DNA of 64,000 nucleotides. Source: Candidatus Latescibacterota bacterium. GTDB taxonomy: Bacteria; Latescibacterota; UBA2968; UBA8231. A program made the translations under genes and the position numbers. The notes beneath the pieces are model-generated. The model saw nothing but the letters and a program-made list of their open reading frames with translations, did no database searches and had not been told where the DNA came from. Location: positions 736,001 to 800,000 of the forward strand of contig OZ252098.1 in assembly GCA_965248355.1 (NCBI GenBank), given 5' to 3'. Shown piece after piece: positions 36,138 to 45,417 of this stretch. The first letter of the stretch is position 1. Every line of letters begins with the position of its first letter.

Positions 36138-38429
36138 TCAGAACTCCACGGCTTCGCGCTTCATGGCCCGCAGGGTCGCGGTGGTGCCGAAGAACACGAT
36201 CAGGAAGAGGACCACGGCGATGGCCGTGGCCTCTCCCACCTTGAACTCGGTGAACATGGCCTGCACCATCCTCGTGCCGATGACGTGGTTGTCGGTGGTG
36301 GGGCGCTGGTTGGTCAGCAGCCAGATCACCTCGAAGGCCTTCATGCCGCCGATGATCATGAAGACGATGGAGATCGACAGCACCTCCCAGATCAGGGGGA
36401 TGGTGATCGACCAGAACTGGCGCCACGCCGAGGCGCCGTCGAGGTCGGCCGCCTCGTACATGCTCCCGGGGATGCTCTCCATGGCCGCCAGGAAGAGGAT
36501 CATGTTGAAGCCGGCGGCGGCCCAGATCGACATGGGGATCAGGGCCCAGTAGAGGTTGTCCTGGGCCAGCCAGGCGAAGCCGGTGAACCCGTCGAAGCCG
36601 AGGGCCGTGAGCACCGTGTTCACGGGGCCGCCCTGGGGGTTGTAGAGGTGCATCCACAACAGCGTGGCGGCCACCCCGCCGAGGATGTTGGGGAAGAAGA
36701 AGGCGATGCGGAAGAGCCGGGCGCCCACCACCTCGCGGCTGATGCAGACCGCCAGGAACAGGGACAGGGGCAGCACGCAGGCGGGGATGACGAACATGAT
36801 GAAGAGGTTGTTCGAGAGGGCGACCCAGAACTCGTCGCTCTCGAAGAGCAGCCGCCGGAAGTGCAGCAGCCCCACGAAGGCCATCTCCGTCAGCCCGTCC
36901 CAGCGCATGGTGCTCCAGAGAAAGGACTTGAGGCTGGGGACGATGACGAAGAGGGTGTAGAACACGGCCGCGGGTCCCACGAAGAAGGCCACGCCGCGCC
37001 AGCCCATGCGCACCGCGCCCTCGGGCCGGGGGGCCTCGCCGGAGCGCCTCTCCCGCCACTTGCGCACCGTGGTGTAGAGCCAGTAGCCCATGGCCAGCCC
37101 CAGCAGCCCTATCAGCAGGGCCGGCTTCCACAGATGCCGCACGGTGACGTCGTCGGGTCGCGTGGCGCGGTTGCGCACCGCCACGGCCGCCGATTCCAGC
37201 TCCCGCGCCCCCTCCCCGGGGGTGATCTCGCCGTTGACGATCTTGAAGCGGGTGTCGTTGAGGAACTGGTCCATCTCCGGGAAGCCCTCGCCGGGGGCCG
37301 TGCCGTAGGTGGTGGTCGCCCGACGGGCCATCTCCACCAGGTCCTCCAGATCGGCGGTGGTGCGGCCCTCCATGGCTCCGTCGACGGCCACCAGGATGTC
37401 GCGCATCTCGGCGAAGGTGCCGGCCATCTCCCGCGAGGTCATGAAGCGCAGGAAGTCGATGCCCAGCTCCGGGCGGGCGCTGTCCCGGAAGACGAAGTAG
37501 TAGCCGGCGCCGGTGTACACGGCGTTCGGGTCGCCCACGCCGTCCTCCACGGCGGGGAAGTTGAAGGCCCCCAGGCGGAAGCCCTCCGGGATCTTGCCGA
37601 GCATCTCGCTCTTGAGCCACGAGCCGCAGAACACCATGGCCGTGTGGCCGAGGAAGAACTCGAGCTGCGCCTCGGTGTGGCTCATGCCGAGGGCGCCGGG
37701 CTGGAAGTAGTCCACGGCGGTGCGCTGCACCAGCCCGAGGGCGGTGACGAACTCGGGGTTGTCGAAGCTGCCCGGCACCAGGTCCTTCTGCTCGTAGTAG
37801 CGGTCGCGGCCGGCCAGGTGGTAGTAGGCGTTGTCGGTGACCCCGCCGATGTAGCCGGGGTACCTCCCCTGGAAGGCGAGGGGCGCGATCCCGGCCTTCT
37901 TGATCGTCTCGCAGAGGGCGAAGAACTCGGTCCAGGTGCGCGGCGGGGTCCAGCCGCGCTCCTCGAACAGGCCCTTGTTGTACCAGATGGCGTAGATCGA
38001 ATAGAGGAAGGGGATGCCGTAGGTCCTGCCCTCGTGCTGGTAGCGCTCCAGGCTGCCGGGCAGGAAGGAGTCGCGCCAGCTGCGGTCGCCCTCCCAGCTC
38101 GGCCGGTCCAGGTACTCGTCGAGGGGCAGGATCTCGCCGTTGCGGATCAGGGACCAGTAGTTGAGGCCGGCGTTGCTGACCTCGGGGAAGGTCCCTTCGA
38201 GGATGCGCACCCGGATCTTGTCGGCGATGCGGGGGTCGCCGTAGAGATCGACCTCGATGTCGGGGCGGACCTTCTCGTACTCGCGGGCGGCGTGGAAGAA
38301 GAAGCTCAGGCCCTCGCCGCCTTCGAAGACGGGCACCTCGATGCGGGTCCGCTCCTCGGCGGCGGCCGGGGCCAGCAGGGCCGCCATGGGCAGCAGCCCC
38401 CTCAGCATTTGTCGATAGAGGCCGCCCAT
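36138..38429 (-). CDS. Fused extracellular solute-binding protein + carbohydrate ABC permease (MalF-like)
   Basis: Signal peptide, SBP motifs (YGIPF...WYNKGLF...PRTW, GSWL), then a TM domain with IPGSMYEAADLDGAS. Confidence 0.85.
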   Translation of the reverse strand: MGGLYRQMLRGLLPMAALLAPAAAEERTRIEVPVFEGGEGLSFFFHAAREYEKVRPDIEVDLYGDPRIADKIRVRILEGTFPEVSNAGLNYWSLIRNGEILPLDEYLDRPSWEGDRSWRDSFLPGSLERYQHEGRTYGIPFLYSIYAIWYNKGLFEERGWTPPRTWTEFFALCETIKKAGIAPLAFQGRYPGYIGGVTDNAYYHLAGRDRYYEQKDLVPGSFDNPEFVTALGLVQRTAVDYFQPGALGMSHTEAQLEFFLGHTAMVFCGSWLKSEMLGKIPEGFRLGAFNFPAVEDGVGDPNAVYTGAGYYFVFRDSARPELGIDFLRFMTSREMAGTFAEMRDILVAVDGAMEGRTTADLEDLVEMARRATTTYGTAPGEGFPEMDQFLNDTRFKIVNGEITPGEGARELESAAVAVRNRATRPDDVTVRHLWKPALLIGLLGLAMGYWLYTTVRKWRERRSGEAPRPEGAVRMGWRGVAFFVGPAAVFYTLFVIVPSLKSFLWSTMRWDGLTEMAFVGLLHFRRLLFESDEFWVALSNNLFIMFVIPACVLPLSLFLAVCISREVVGARLFRIAFFFPNILGGVAATLLWMHLYNPQGGPVNTVLTALGFDGFTGFAWLAQDNLYWALIPMSIWAAAGFNMILFLAAMESIPGSMYEAADLDGASAWRQFWSITIPLIWEVLSISIVFMIIGGMKAFEVIWLLTNQRPTTDNHVIGTRMVQAMFTEFKVGEATAIAVVLFLIVFFGTTATLRAMKREAVEF

Positions 38430-38436
38430 CAAGGTC

Positions 38437-38877
38437 TCAGGGAAGCTCCACGACCACGTACTTCTCCTCCACCGAGACCGGGTAGGTCTCGACCACGTAC
38501 GGCCCTTTGCGCGGACCGGCCATCTCCTCTCCCGCCACCTCCTGCCCCGTCACCACCTCCACCTCGTAGCGCCGGGCGCGGGTCCGGCCCGGGTCCCACC
38601 AGGACTGTCCGGTCCGCACGTCGAACTCCCAGCCGTGCCAGGGGCAGCGCAGGATCTCCCCCTGGCGGGTGAGGGTGTAGTCCCCCGGCGCCCGCGACTG
38701 CAGGAAGCCGGTGAGCCGTCCCTGGCACAGGGGGCCTCCCTGATGGGCGCAGCGGTTGCGCAGCGCGAAGAACTCCCCTTCGAGGTTGAAGACGCCGATG
38801 GAGCGGCCCTCGATCTGCACCAGCTTGCGCCCGCCGGGCGGGATCTCCGCCACCGTACCCACCACGTGCCGGGCCAC
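38437..38877 (-). CDS. Rieske [2Fe-2S] ferredoxin
   Basis: NRCAHQGGPL and RCPWHGWEFD. Confidence 0.9.
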   Translation of the reverse strand: MARHVVGTVAEIPPGGRKLVQIEGRSIGVFNLEGEFFALRNRCAHQGGPLCQGRLTGFLQSRAPGDYTLTRQGEILRCPWHGWEFDVRTGQSWWDPGRTRARRYEVEVVTGQEVAGEEMAGPRKGPYVVETYPVSVEEKYVVVELP

Positions 38878-38889
38878 GCCTTGCGCCTC

Positions 38890-39993
38890 TCAGTCCAGCC
38901 CGTAGAGGCGGCGGGCGTTGCCGGAGAGGATGGCCCGGCGCAACTCGCGATCCAGGCGCGGCGGCAAAGCCTGCGCCGGGGAGTCGAAGTCCCAGTGGGG
39001 GTAGTCGGTGGCGAACATGAGGCGGCCGTCCATGTCCATCCACTCCAGCATCTGCTCGAAGTACGCCGGATCGGGGGGCTCCTCCATGGGCTGCGTGGTC
39101 AGCCAGAAGTGCTCGCGCACGTACTCCGAAGGCGGCCGGCGCAGGCGGGGGACCTCGCCGCCCATGCGCTTCCAGCAGTGGTCGAGGCGCCACATGAGGG
39201 GCGCCAGCCACGCGAACCCACCCTCGATGAGGACCACCTTCAGGGTGGGGAAGCGCTCGAAGACGCCCTCGTACACGAAGCTGGCCACCTGGGGCTGGAA
39301 GGCCTGGGGCATGCCGCCGTGGTCCTCCACGTAGTGGGAGGGCCAGCCGGCGCCGGTGATCGGCCCGCCGCCGGCGCCGCCGAAGTGGATGGCCACCGGC
39401 AGGTCGTGGCGCGCGGCGGCTTCGTACATCTTCCAGTACTTGCGGTGGCCCAGGGGCTCGCGGGTGCGCACCAGCACCAGCAGCTGCAAGAAGCCGGGAT
39501 GGCCGCCCATGCGGTCGACCTCGGCCGCGGCCAGCTCGCCGTCCTCGTAGGGCACCACGATCGACCCGCGCATCCGCGGCTCGGGCTCGATCCAGTCGGC
39601 CAGCTGCCAGTCGTTCACCGCCCGGCAGAGGGCGGCGCTGTACTCCAGGTTGACCTGCCCGCCGGCGCCGGTGAGGGGGGTCATGATGCCGTAGTCGATC
39701 TCCCACTCGTCCAGCAGCTGCCGGCGCAGGAAGTCCAGGTCCGACCCCGGGGGCCCGCCGGTGGGCGGCCAGGCGTCGTGGCGCGCCGCGTTCGGCACGA
39801 TGCGGGGGTACGCCGAGCCGATGTGCCCGCGCAGGCCGATGGTGCGGTGGTGCTCGCGCCAGGCCGGCGGCAGAAAGCGCTCCATGGTGCGGTCCTCGGG
39901 CATGGAGACGTGGATGTCCGCGTCGATCACGGCCAGCTTCTGCGGCCGTTCCCTGGCCTCGGGGGCCGATTCCACCAGCAGGCTGCCGTCCAT
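38890..39993 (-). CDS. Amidohydrolase_2-fold protein A (putative dinuclear oxygenase catalytic subunit)
   Basis: IDADIH, IHFGG, VEDH, IEGG, TTQPMEEP, FATDYPHWDFD. Confidence 0.8.
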   Translation of the reverse strand: MDGSLLVESAPEARERPQKLAVIDADIHVSMPEDRTMERFLPPAWREHHRTIGLRGHIGSAYPRIVPNAARHDAWPPTGGPPGSDLDFLRRQLLDEWEIDYGIMTPLTGAGGQVNLEYSAALCRAVNDWQLADWIEPEPRMRGSIVVPYEDGELAAAEVDRMGGHPGFLQLLVLVRTREPLGHRKYWKMYEAAARHDLPVAIHFGGAGGGPITGAGWPSHYVEDHGGMPQAFQPQVASFVYEGVFERFPTLKVVLIEGGFAWLAPLMWRLDHCWKRMGGEVPRLRRPPSEYVREHFWLTTQPMEEPPDPAYFEQMLEWMDMDGRLMFATDYPHWDFDSPAQALPPRLDRELRRAILSGNARRLYGLD

Positions 39994-40007
39994 CTCGATT
40001 TCCTCCT

Positions 40008-41075
40008 TCACAACCGGTAGAAGGCGCGGGCGTTCTTCGACCAGATCCTCTCGGTCAGGGCCTCGTCCAGCCTGGCCGGAAAGGCCTCCTCGGGCGAGTC
40101 GAACCACCAGTGGGGGTAGTCGGTGGCGAACATGAGCATCTCCTCCGAGTCCATCTGCCCGATGATCTGCCCCAGAGGCGCCGGATCCTCGGGCGCGTCC
40201 CAGGGCTGCACGGTGAGGCGGATGTGCTCGCGCATGTACTCCGAGGGCCGGCGCCTCACCCACGGCGTATCGCTGCGCAGCCCCTTCCACTCCTTGTCGA
40301 GGCGCCACATGAGCGACGGCATCCAGGTGAACCCGCCCTCGACGAGGGCCACCCGCAGGTCGGGAAAGCGGTCGAAGGCGCCCTCCATGATCAGGCTGTT
40401 CACCTGGGACTGGAAGAGGGCGGCCATGCCCGCGTACTCCTCGACGAAGGTGGTGGGCCACCCCGAGGGCGTGGAGGGATGCCCGGAGGCGCCGCCGTAG
40501 TGGATGGCCACGGCCAGGCCGCGGCGCACCGCCGCCTCGAAGATGGGGTCGTAGCGCCGGTTGCCGTAGGGGACCAGGGAGCGCACGGGCAGGATCGCCT
40601 GCACGAACCCGGGGTGGCCGCCGACGCGGTCGATCTCGGCGGCCGCCAGGGGCGGGTTCTGGGACGCCACCACCACCGAGGTCCGCAGCCTCGGCTCCGG
40701 CTCCAGCCACTGCTCGATCTGCCAGGTGTTGACGGCCGCGGCCAGGGCCGCCCCGAGGTCGGCGTTGTGCACCGAGGAGGCCTGGTAGTTGCAGGTCAGG
40801 ATCCCGTGCTCCAGCTCCCAGGCGTCGAGGACATGCTCCTGCACCTGCTGCAGGGTCGACCCCGGCGGCTCGCCGCCCTCGCCCCGGAAGTCGGGCCGCG
40901 CCGCCAGCGGCAACCCCGGCGGATAGTCGGAGGCGTCGGGTCCGCGGAAGGCGGAGTGGGTCGTGTAGTCGACCCAGTGGTCGGGCAGGTGCGCCTGCAG
41001 GCTCTCGAGGGAGGGCTCGTTGTGGATGTCGCAGTCGATGAGCGGGCGGCCGCCTCGGTCCTGCCGGGTCTGCAT
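40008..41075 (-). CDS. Amidohydrolase_2-fold protein B (paralogue/partner subunit)
   Basis: IDCDIH, IHYGG, VEGG, TVQPWDAP, FATDYPHWWFD. Confidence 0.8.
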   Translation of the reverse strand: MQTRQDRGGRPLIDCDIHNEPSLESLQAHLPDHWVDYTTHSAFRGPDASDYPPGLPLAARPDFRGEGGEPPGSTLQQVQEHVLDAWELEHGILTCNYQASSVHNADLGAALAAAVNTWQIEQWLEPEPRLRTSVVVASQNPPLAAAEIDRVGGHPGFVQAILPVRSLVPYGNRRYDPIFEAAVRRGLAVAIHYGGASGHPSTPSGWPTTFVEEYAGMAALFQSQVNSLIMEGAFDRFPDLRVALVEGGFTWMPSLMWRLDKEWKGLRSDTPWVRRRPSEYMREHIRLTVQPWDAPEDPAPLGQIIGQMDSEEMLMFATDYPHWWFDSPEEAFPARLDEALTERIWSKNARAFYRL

Positions 41076-41079
41076 GGCC

Positions 41080-41832
41080 TCAGAACCGCTCCAGCAGCAG
41101 TCCGGTGATGGCGTTGGGGCGCTGGTAGTAGCGGCGGACGGCCTCGTCCTCGTTCTCCCAGAGCCGCCGCGGAAAGATCGTGTAGTTGCTGATGGGCGGC
41201 GCCGAGCGGCGGCCGCAGTAGATGTGGATGGTGCGCCGTTCGAGTTCGCTGCGGCGCACGTTGCCGGCGTGGAACATGGCGGCGTTGAAGAGGACCGCCG
41301 TGCCCTTCTCTCCCTCGACGTGATGGGCCGTGGCCAGGTCGTAGCGGTCCAGGGGAGGCAGTTGCTCGCCCCGGGCCGAGCCGGGGATGAGGCTGAAGGT
41401 GTGGGTGGTGGCGTCCACGTCGGTGAGGTAGTAGGCGACGGAGACGTAGTGGGTGGAATAGGGGGGCCGAGTTCCGAGCTGGGGCCAACCGCCGCCGTCG
41501 CGGTGCCAGTGGCAGTAGGGCTCGCCATCGTACGGCCGGCGGATGCGCACCGAGTGCTCCTCGGCGCACAGCTCGGGGCCGAGGATGGCCTCCAGGAGCG
41601 GCAGCAGGGCCGGGGGCCGCATGGTGACGTCCATCTCCTCGTGGGCCAGGAGCATGTGAACGTTGAGCGTGACGTGGCCCTCCTCGCGCTCGCTCCAGAA
41701 CGGCGTGCCGGCGGCCAGGTCGCGGTCGATGGCGGCGTTGGCGGCCTCCACCTGGCCGGCGTCGAGGGCGCCGGGCACCACGAGGTACCCCGTGCGGCGG
41801 TAGCGCTCGAGCTGTTCCTCCAGGGTTGTCAT
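41080..41832 (-). CDS. PhyH-family dioxygenase
   Basis: YRRTGYLVV, WHRD, IPGS, FHAG. Confidence 0.85.
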   Translation of the reverse strand: MTTLEEQLERYRRTGYLVVPGALDAGQVEAANAAIDRDLAAGTPFWSEREEGHVTLNVHMLLAHEEMDVTMRPPALLPLLEAILGPELCAEEHSVRIRRPYDGEPYCHWHRDGGGWPQLGTRPPYSTHYVSVAYYLTDVDATTHTFSLIPGSARGEQLPPLDRYDLATAHHVEGEKGTAVLFNAAMFHAGNVRRSELERRTIHIYCGRRSAPPISNYTIFPRRLWENEDEAVRRYYQRPNAITGLLLERF

Positions 41833-41890
41833 GATCGTCGGGGACGATAGTCCCGCGGGACCGCCGCCGTCCACGCCGGGGGAGGCCGGC

Positions 41891-42646
41891 TCACGCGGTC
41901 CAGGGCTCCGGGTCGGCGAAGAGCCGGCGGGCCTCCGGGCTCAGCCGGGCGGCCGCTTCCCGGCTCAGGGCGCTGGAGAACACCATGTGCGGGTCGTCGC
42001 GCCGGCAGAAGAAGCTGGTGAGGCTGTGGCGCGCCCGGTCGCTGTCGTTGCGCGTGGTGCCGTGCCACATGTGGCTGTTGATGACGACCACGGTGCCGGC
42101 CTCGCCGGTGACCAGCCTCTCCTCCGGGTGGGGCACGGCCGGGTCCTCCAGGACCTCGGGGGCGCGGCCGCCGAGATGGGTGCCGGGGACCACCCGCGTG
42201 GCGCCGTTGGATTCGGTGAAGTCGGAGAGCATCCAGATCGAGTTGCAGACCGCGTAGCGCCCGGGGCGCGGCGGCGGGCCGTTGTAGTCGACGTGGAACT
42301 TCTGGCGCTCGCCGCCGGGGGGATGGGGCCGGCCGTGGACGCCGAAGGACTTGATCGGCCCGTCGAGGACGTGGCAGACGGCGGCGAGGACCCGGGGGTG
42401 GGTGAAGCAGATGTCGAAGCCGGCGGCCTTGTTCTGCATGTAGCTGGACTCGGCGGGCCCGCCCTCCCGGCCGGTCCCCTCGTCGGCGTAGACCGCCTCC
42501 GCCGCGGCGATGAGCCCGGCGACCTGCTGACCGTCCAGGATGCCGGGCAGCGGCAGGTAGCCATCCTGGTCGAGGTGCGCCTTCTCGTCCGGAGAGAGGG
42601 TGCCGGGCCGCACCCCCAGGGCCTCCAGGGCTTCGGGGAGCGTCAC
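41891..42646 (-). CDS. PhyH-family dioxygenase
   Basis: LDQDGYL, FHVD, NGATRVVPGTH, WHG. Confidence 0.85.
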   Translation of the reverse strand: MTLPEALEALGVRPGTLSPDEKAHLDQDGYLPLPGILDGQQVAGLIAAAEAVYADEGTGREGGPAESSYMQNKAAGFDICFTHPRVLAAVCHVLDGPIKSFGVHGRPHPPGGERQKFHVDYNGPPPRPGRYAVCNSIWMLSDFTESNGATRVVPGTHLGGRAPEVLEDPAVPHPEERLVTGEAGTVVVINSHMWHGTTRNDSDRARHSLTSFFCRRDDPHMVFSSALSREAAARLSPEARRLFADPEPWTA

Positions 42647-42836
42647 CGGTGCTCGGTCCCGTCTTCGGTCGGGTCCGCCCTGGCGACCCGGAGCGCTTCC
42701 AGAGCCTGAGGCAGGGTCACCTCCGCGGCTTGCCCGCCGCCCCGGGCTTGATCCGCGGCGTCCAGCCCCAGCCCTTCCAGGCTTTCGCGCTCCGTCATTG
42801 CTCAGCCAACCCGCCGCCCTCGGCTTGATCCGCGGC
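42610..42836 (-). repeat. Degenerate ~75-bp tandem triplication of the E2-end/PhyH-start junction
   Basis: Minus strand has three successive units, each containing (A/G)TGA, translating as AADQAEGGG..MTERESLEGLG / AADQARGGG..VTLPQALEALRV / ..VTLPEALEALGV; this creates small ORF 42643-42798. Confidence 0.6.
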
Positions 42837-43454
42837 CCCGGCGCGCACGTCGTCCTCGGTGATGCGGCCGGTCCGGCCGGTTCCGCGGACCCGCCGCCAG
42901 TCGATGCCCAGCTGCTGCGCCAGACGGCGGGCCCGGGGGCTGATGGCCGGGGCTTCAGGTGTTGGCGGGCTGGTGGCCCCCGGGGACGCGATCCCGAGGG
43001 GGGTCGGCGCGGCTCCCGAGGTCGGCGGCGTGCTCGCGTTCGGTGGCGGCGCCCTTCCGGCCGGGGTCGGCGCGGGTGGGGCGGCTTCCGATGCCGGCGG
43101 GCTGGCGGCCCCTGGGGGCACGCCCCCCGAGGACGCCGCCGCGGCTGGCGCCCCGGCCTCCGACCCTGCCGCCGGCGAAGCGGGAGCCGAAGGGGCCGGC
43201 GGTTCCTCCCCCACGGCCAGCAGATACCCGAGCACGGTCCCCACGGGCACCGTGGCTCCGGGGGCGGGGGCGTCCTCGGGGATGTGCAGCCGTCCCGTGT
43301 CGAAGGACTCGACCTCGTTGAGGGCCTTGTCCGTCTCCACCGTAAACAGCACTTCGCCCGCCTCCACCGCCTCGCCCGGCTTCTTGAGCCACTCCACGAG
43401 GGTGCCCTCCTCCATGGTCCAGCCCAGCCGGGGCATGACGATCTCGATGGCCAC
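42795..43454 (-). CDS. Lipoyl domain + E1/E3-binding domain protein (E2 lacking the acyltransferase domain)
   Basis: MPRLGWTMEEG...ETDKA (lipoyl Lys), Pro/Ala linker, ISPRARRLA...GTGRTGRITEDDV, then stop. Confidence 0.8.
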   Translation of the reverse strand: MAIEIVMPRLGWTMEEGTLVEWLKKPGEAVEAGEVLFTVETDKALNEVESFDTGRLHIPEDAPAPGATVPVGTVLGYLLAVGEEPPAPSAPASPAAGSEAGAPAAAASSGGVPPGAASPPASEAAPPAPTPAGRAPPPNASTPPTSGAAPTPLGIASPGATSPPTPEAPAISPRARRLAQQLGIDWRRVRGTGRTGRITEDDVRAGAADQAEGGGLAEQ

Positions 43455-43456
43455 GG

Positions 43457-44440
43457 CTACTCCTCGGCCAGGCCTCGTACGGCGTCGGCCACGTGGCCGG
43501 CGGTCGGCGCTACCGCCGCCTCCAGGGGGGCGCTGTAAGGCGTGGGCGCGTGGGCGCCGTTGAGGCGGCGCACCGGGGCGCCCAGGTCGTCGAAGCCGTG
43601 CTCCATCACCTGGGCGGCGATCTCGGCGCCGACGCCGCAGGGGCCGAAGGACTCGTCGGCCACCAGCAGCTTCCCGGTCTTGCGCAGCGAGGCCAGGATC
43701 GTCTCCAGATCCAAGGGGGCGAGGGTGCGCGGGTCGATGACCTCCACCGAGATCCCCTCGGCGGCGAGGGTGTCGCCGGCCTGCAGGCTCCGGGGCACCA
43801 TGGGGCCGATGGCGACGACGGTGATGTCCGTGCCCTCGCGGCAGATGCGGGCGCTCCCAAAGGGCACCTCGAAGTCGTCCTCCGGGACCTCGCCGCGCAG
43901 GCCGAGCAGCGACTTGTGCTCCAGGTAGATCACGGGGTCGTCGCCGCGCAGCGCGGCGGCCATCAGTCCCTTGGCGTCGTAGGGCGAGGCCGGCACGGCC
44001 ACGCGCAGGCCGGGGACGTTGACGAACAGCGGGTAGTAGCTGCCCGAGTGGTGGGTGGCGTGGCCGCCGCCGATGCCGACGCAGCCGCGCAGGAGCACGG
44101 GCATCCTCAGGCGGCCGCCGGACATGTACTGGATCTTGGCGATCTGGTTGGTCAGCTCGCCGGCGGCGTCGAGGAGGAAGTCGACGAACATGAAGTCGAC
44201 CACGGGGCGCGTGCCGGTCATGGCGGCGCCGGCGCACAGCCCGACGAAACCGCGCTCGCAGATCGGCGTGTCCCGCAGGCGCCGGGGGCCGAAGCGGTCG
44301 TAGAGGCCGGTGGTGGTGTTGAAGTTGCCGCCGCGCTGGCCGATGCCCTCGCCGAGGACGAAGATCGCCGGGTCCCGCTCCATGGCCGCGGCCAGGGCCT
44401 CGCGGGCGGCCTCGGTGTAGGTGATCTCGCGGCCGGCCAT
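43457..44440 (-). CDS. 2-oxoacid/acetoin dehydrogenase E1 beta subunit
   Basis: DTPICE, MFVDF, THHS, DDPVIYLEHK, IDPRTLAPLD. Confidence 0.9.
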   Translation of the reverse strand: MAGREITYTEAAREALAAAMERDPAIFVLGEGIGQRGGNFNTTTGLYDRFGPRRLRDTPICERGFVGLCAGAAMTGTRPVVDFMFVDFLLDAAGELTNQIAKIQYMSGGRLRMPVLLRGCVGIGGGHATHHSGSYYPLFVNVPGLRVAVPASPYDAKGLMAAALRGDDPVIYLEHKSLLGLRGEVPEDDFEVPFGSARICREGTDITVVAIGPMVPRSLQAGDTLAAEGISVEVIDPRTLAPLDLETILASLRKTGKLLVADESFGPCGVGAEIAAQVMEHGFDDLGAPVRRLNGAHAPTPYSAPLEAAVAPTAGHVADAVRGLAEE

Positions 44441-45417
44441 CAGCGGCTCCCTCCGTACACGTGGTCGCCGACCGTCGCCGGGTCCGGCCAGGGGCTGGCC
44501 TCGGCGAAGGCGGCGGCCTCCTCGATCTCGGCGGCGATCTCGGCGGCGATCGCCTCCAGGTCGGCGGCCGCGGCCGGGGACTCCTCCACGAGGGCCTGCG
44601 CCAGGGAGGGGATGGGGTCCCGCTGCCTCCAGCGGTCGATCTCCTCCCGGGAACGGTAGCCGCCGTCGCCCATGCCCTCGGCGTGGGGCCGCGTGCGGTA
44701 GGTGCGGCACTCCATCAGGGAGGGGCCGCCCCCGGCCCGGGCCCGCTCCACGGCCGCCCCCGCCGCCGCGTACACGGCGAGGGCGTCGTTGCCGTCCACG
44801 CACTCGGACCGCAGTCCGTACCCCGCGGCGCGGCCGGCCACGTCGGTGTTGCGCGCCGCGTAGTCGAAGGGCACCTCGGTGGCGTACATATTGTTCTCGC
44901 AGACGAAGAGCACGGGCAGGTCCCAGATAGCGGCCAGGTTCAGCCCCTCGTGGAAGGCGCCGTTGCCCACGGCGCCGTCGCCGAAGAAGGCCACGCCCAC
45001 CTGGTCGGTCTCCAGCAGCTGGAAGGAGTAGCCGGCGCCGGCGGCCTGCAGGATGCAGGGTCCGACGATGCCGCTGGTGCCCATCATCCCCAGTTCGGGA
45101 GCGAAGAGGTGCATGCTGCCGCCGCGGCCCCCGGAGCAGCCGGTGGCGCGCCCGAAGAGCTCGGCCATCAGCGCCCGGGGCGGCACGCCCTTGGCCAGGG
45201 CGTGGCCGTGGCCGCGGTGGGTGCTGAAGACGGCGTCGCCGTCGCGCAGGTGGGCGCAGACCCCGGCGGCCACCGCCTCCTGGCCCACGTAGGTGTGGCA
45301 GGCGCCGGTGATCTTGCCGGCGGCGTACGACCGCGCCAGCTGCTCCTCGCAGCGACGGATCCGCAGCATCGTGCGGTACAGCTCCAGTTGGGTGGAAGCC
45401 GGAGGGGTCATGCTCAT
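44440..45417 (-). CDS. 2-oxoacid/acetoin dehydrogenase E1 alpha subunit
   Basis: HTYVGQEA, STHRGHGH, GRGGSMH, TPP motif GDGA...ENN, TYRTRPH. Confidence 0.9.
   Translation of the reverse strand: MSMTPPASTQLELYRTMLRIRRCEEQLARSYAAGKITGACHTYVGQEAVAAGVCAHLRDGDAVFSTHRGHGHALAKGVPPRALMAELFGRATGCSGGRGGSMHLFAPELGMMGTSGIVGPCILQAAGAGYSFQLLETDQVGVAFFGDGAVGNGAFHEGLNLAAIWDLPVLFVCENNMYATEVPFDYAARNTDVAGRAAGYGLRSECVDGNDALAVYAAAGAAVERARAGGGPSLMECRTYRTRPHAEGMGDGGYRSREEIDRWRQRDPIPSLAQALVEESPAAAADLEAIAAEIAAEIEEAAAFAEASPWPDPATVGDHVYGGSR

Noticed and set aside
42940..43200. Imperfect repeats in the E2-like gene
   Set aside because: Ordinary Pro/Ala-rich linker of lipoyl-domain proteins
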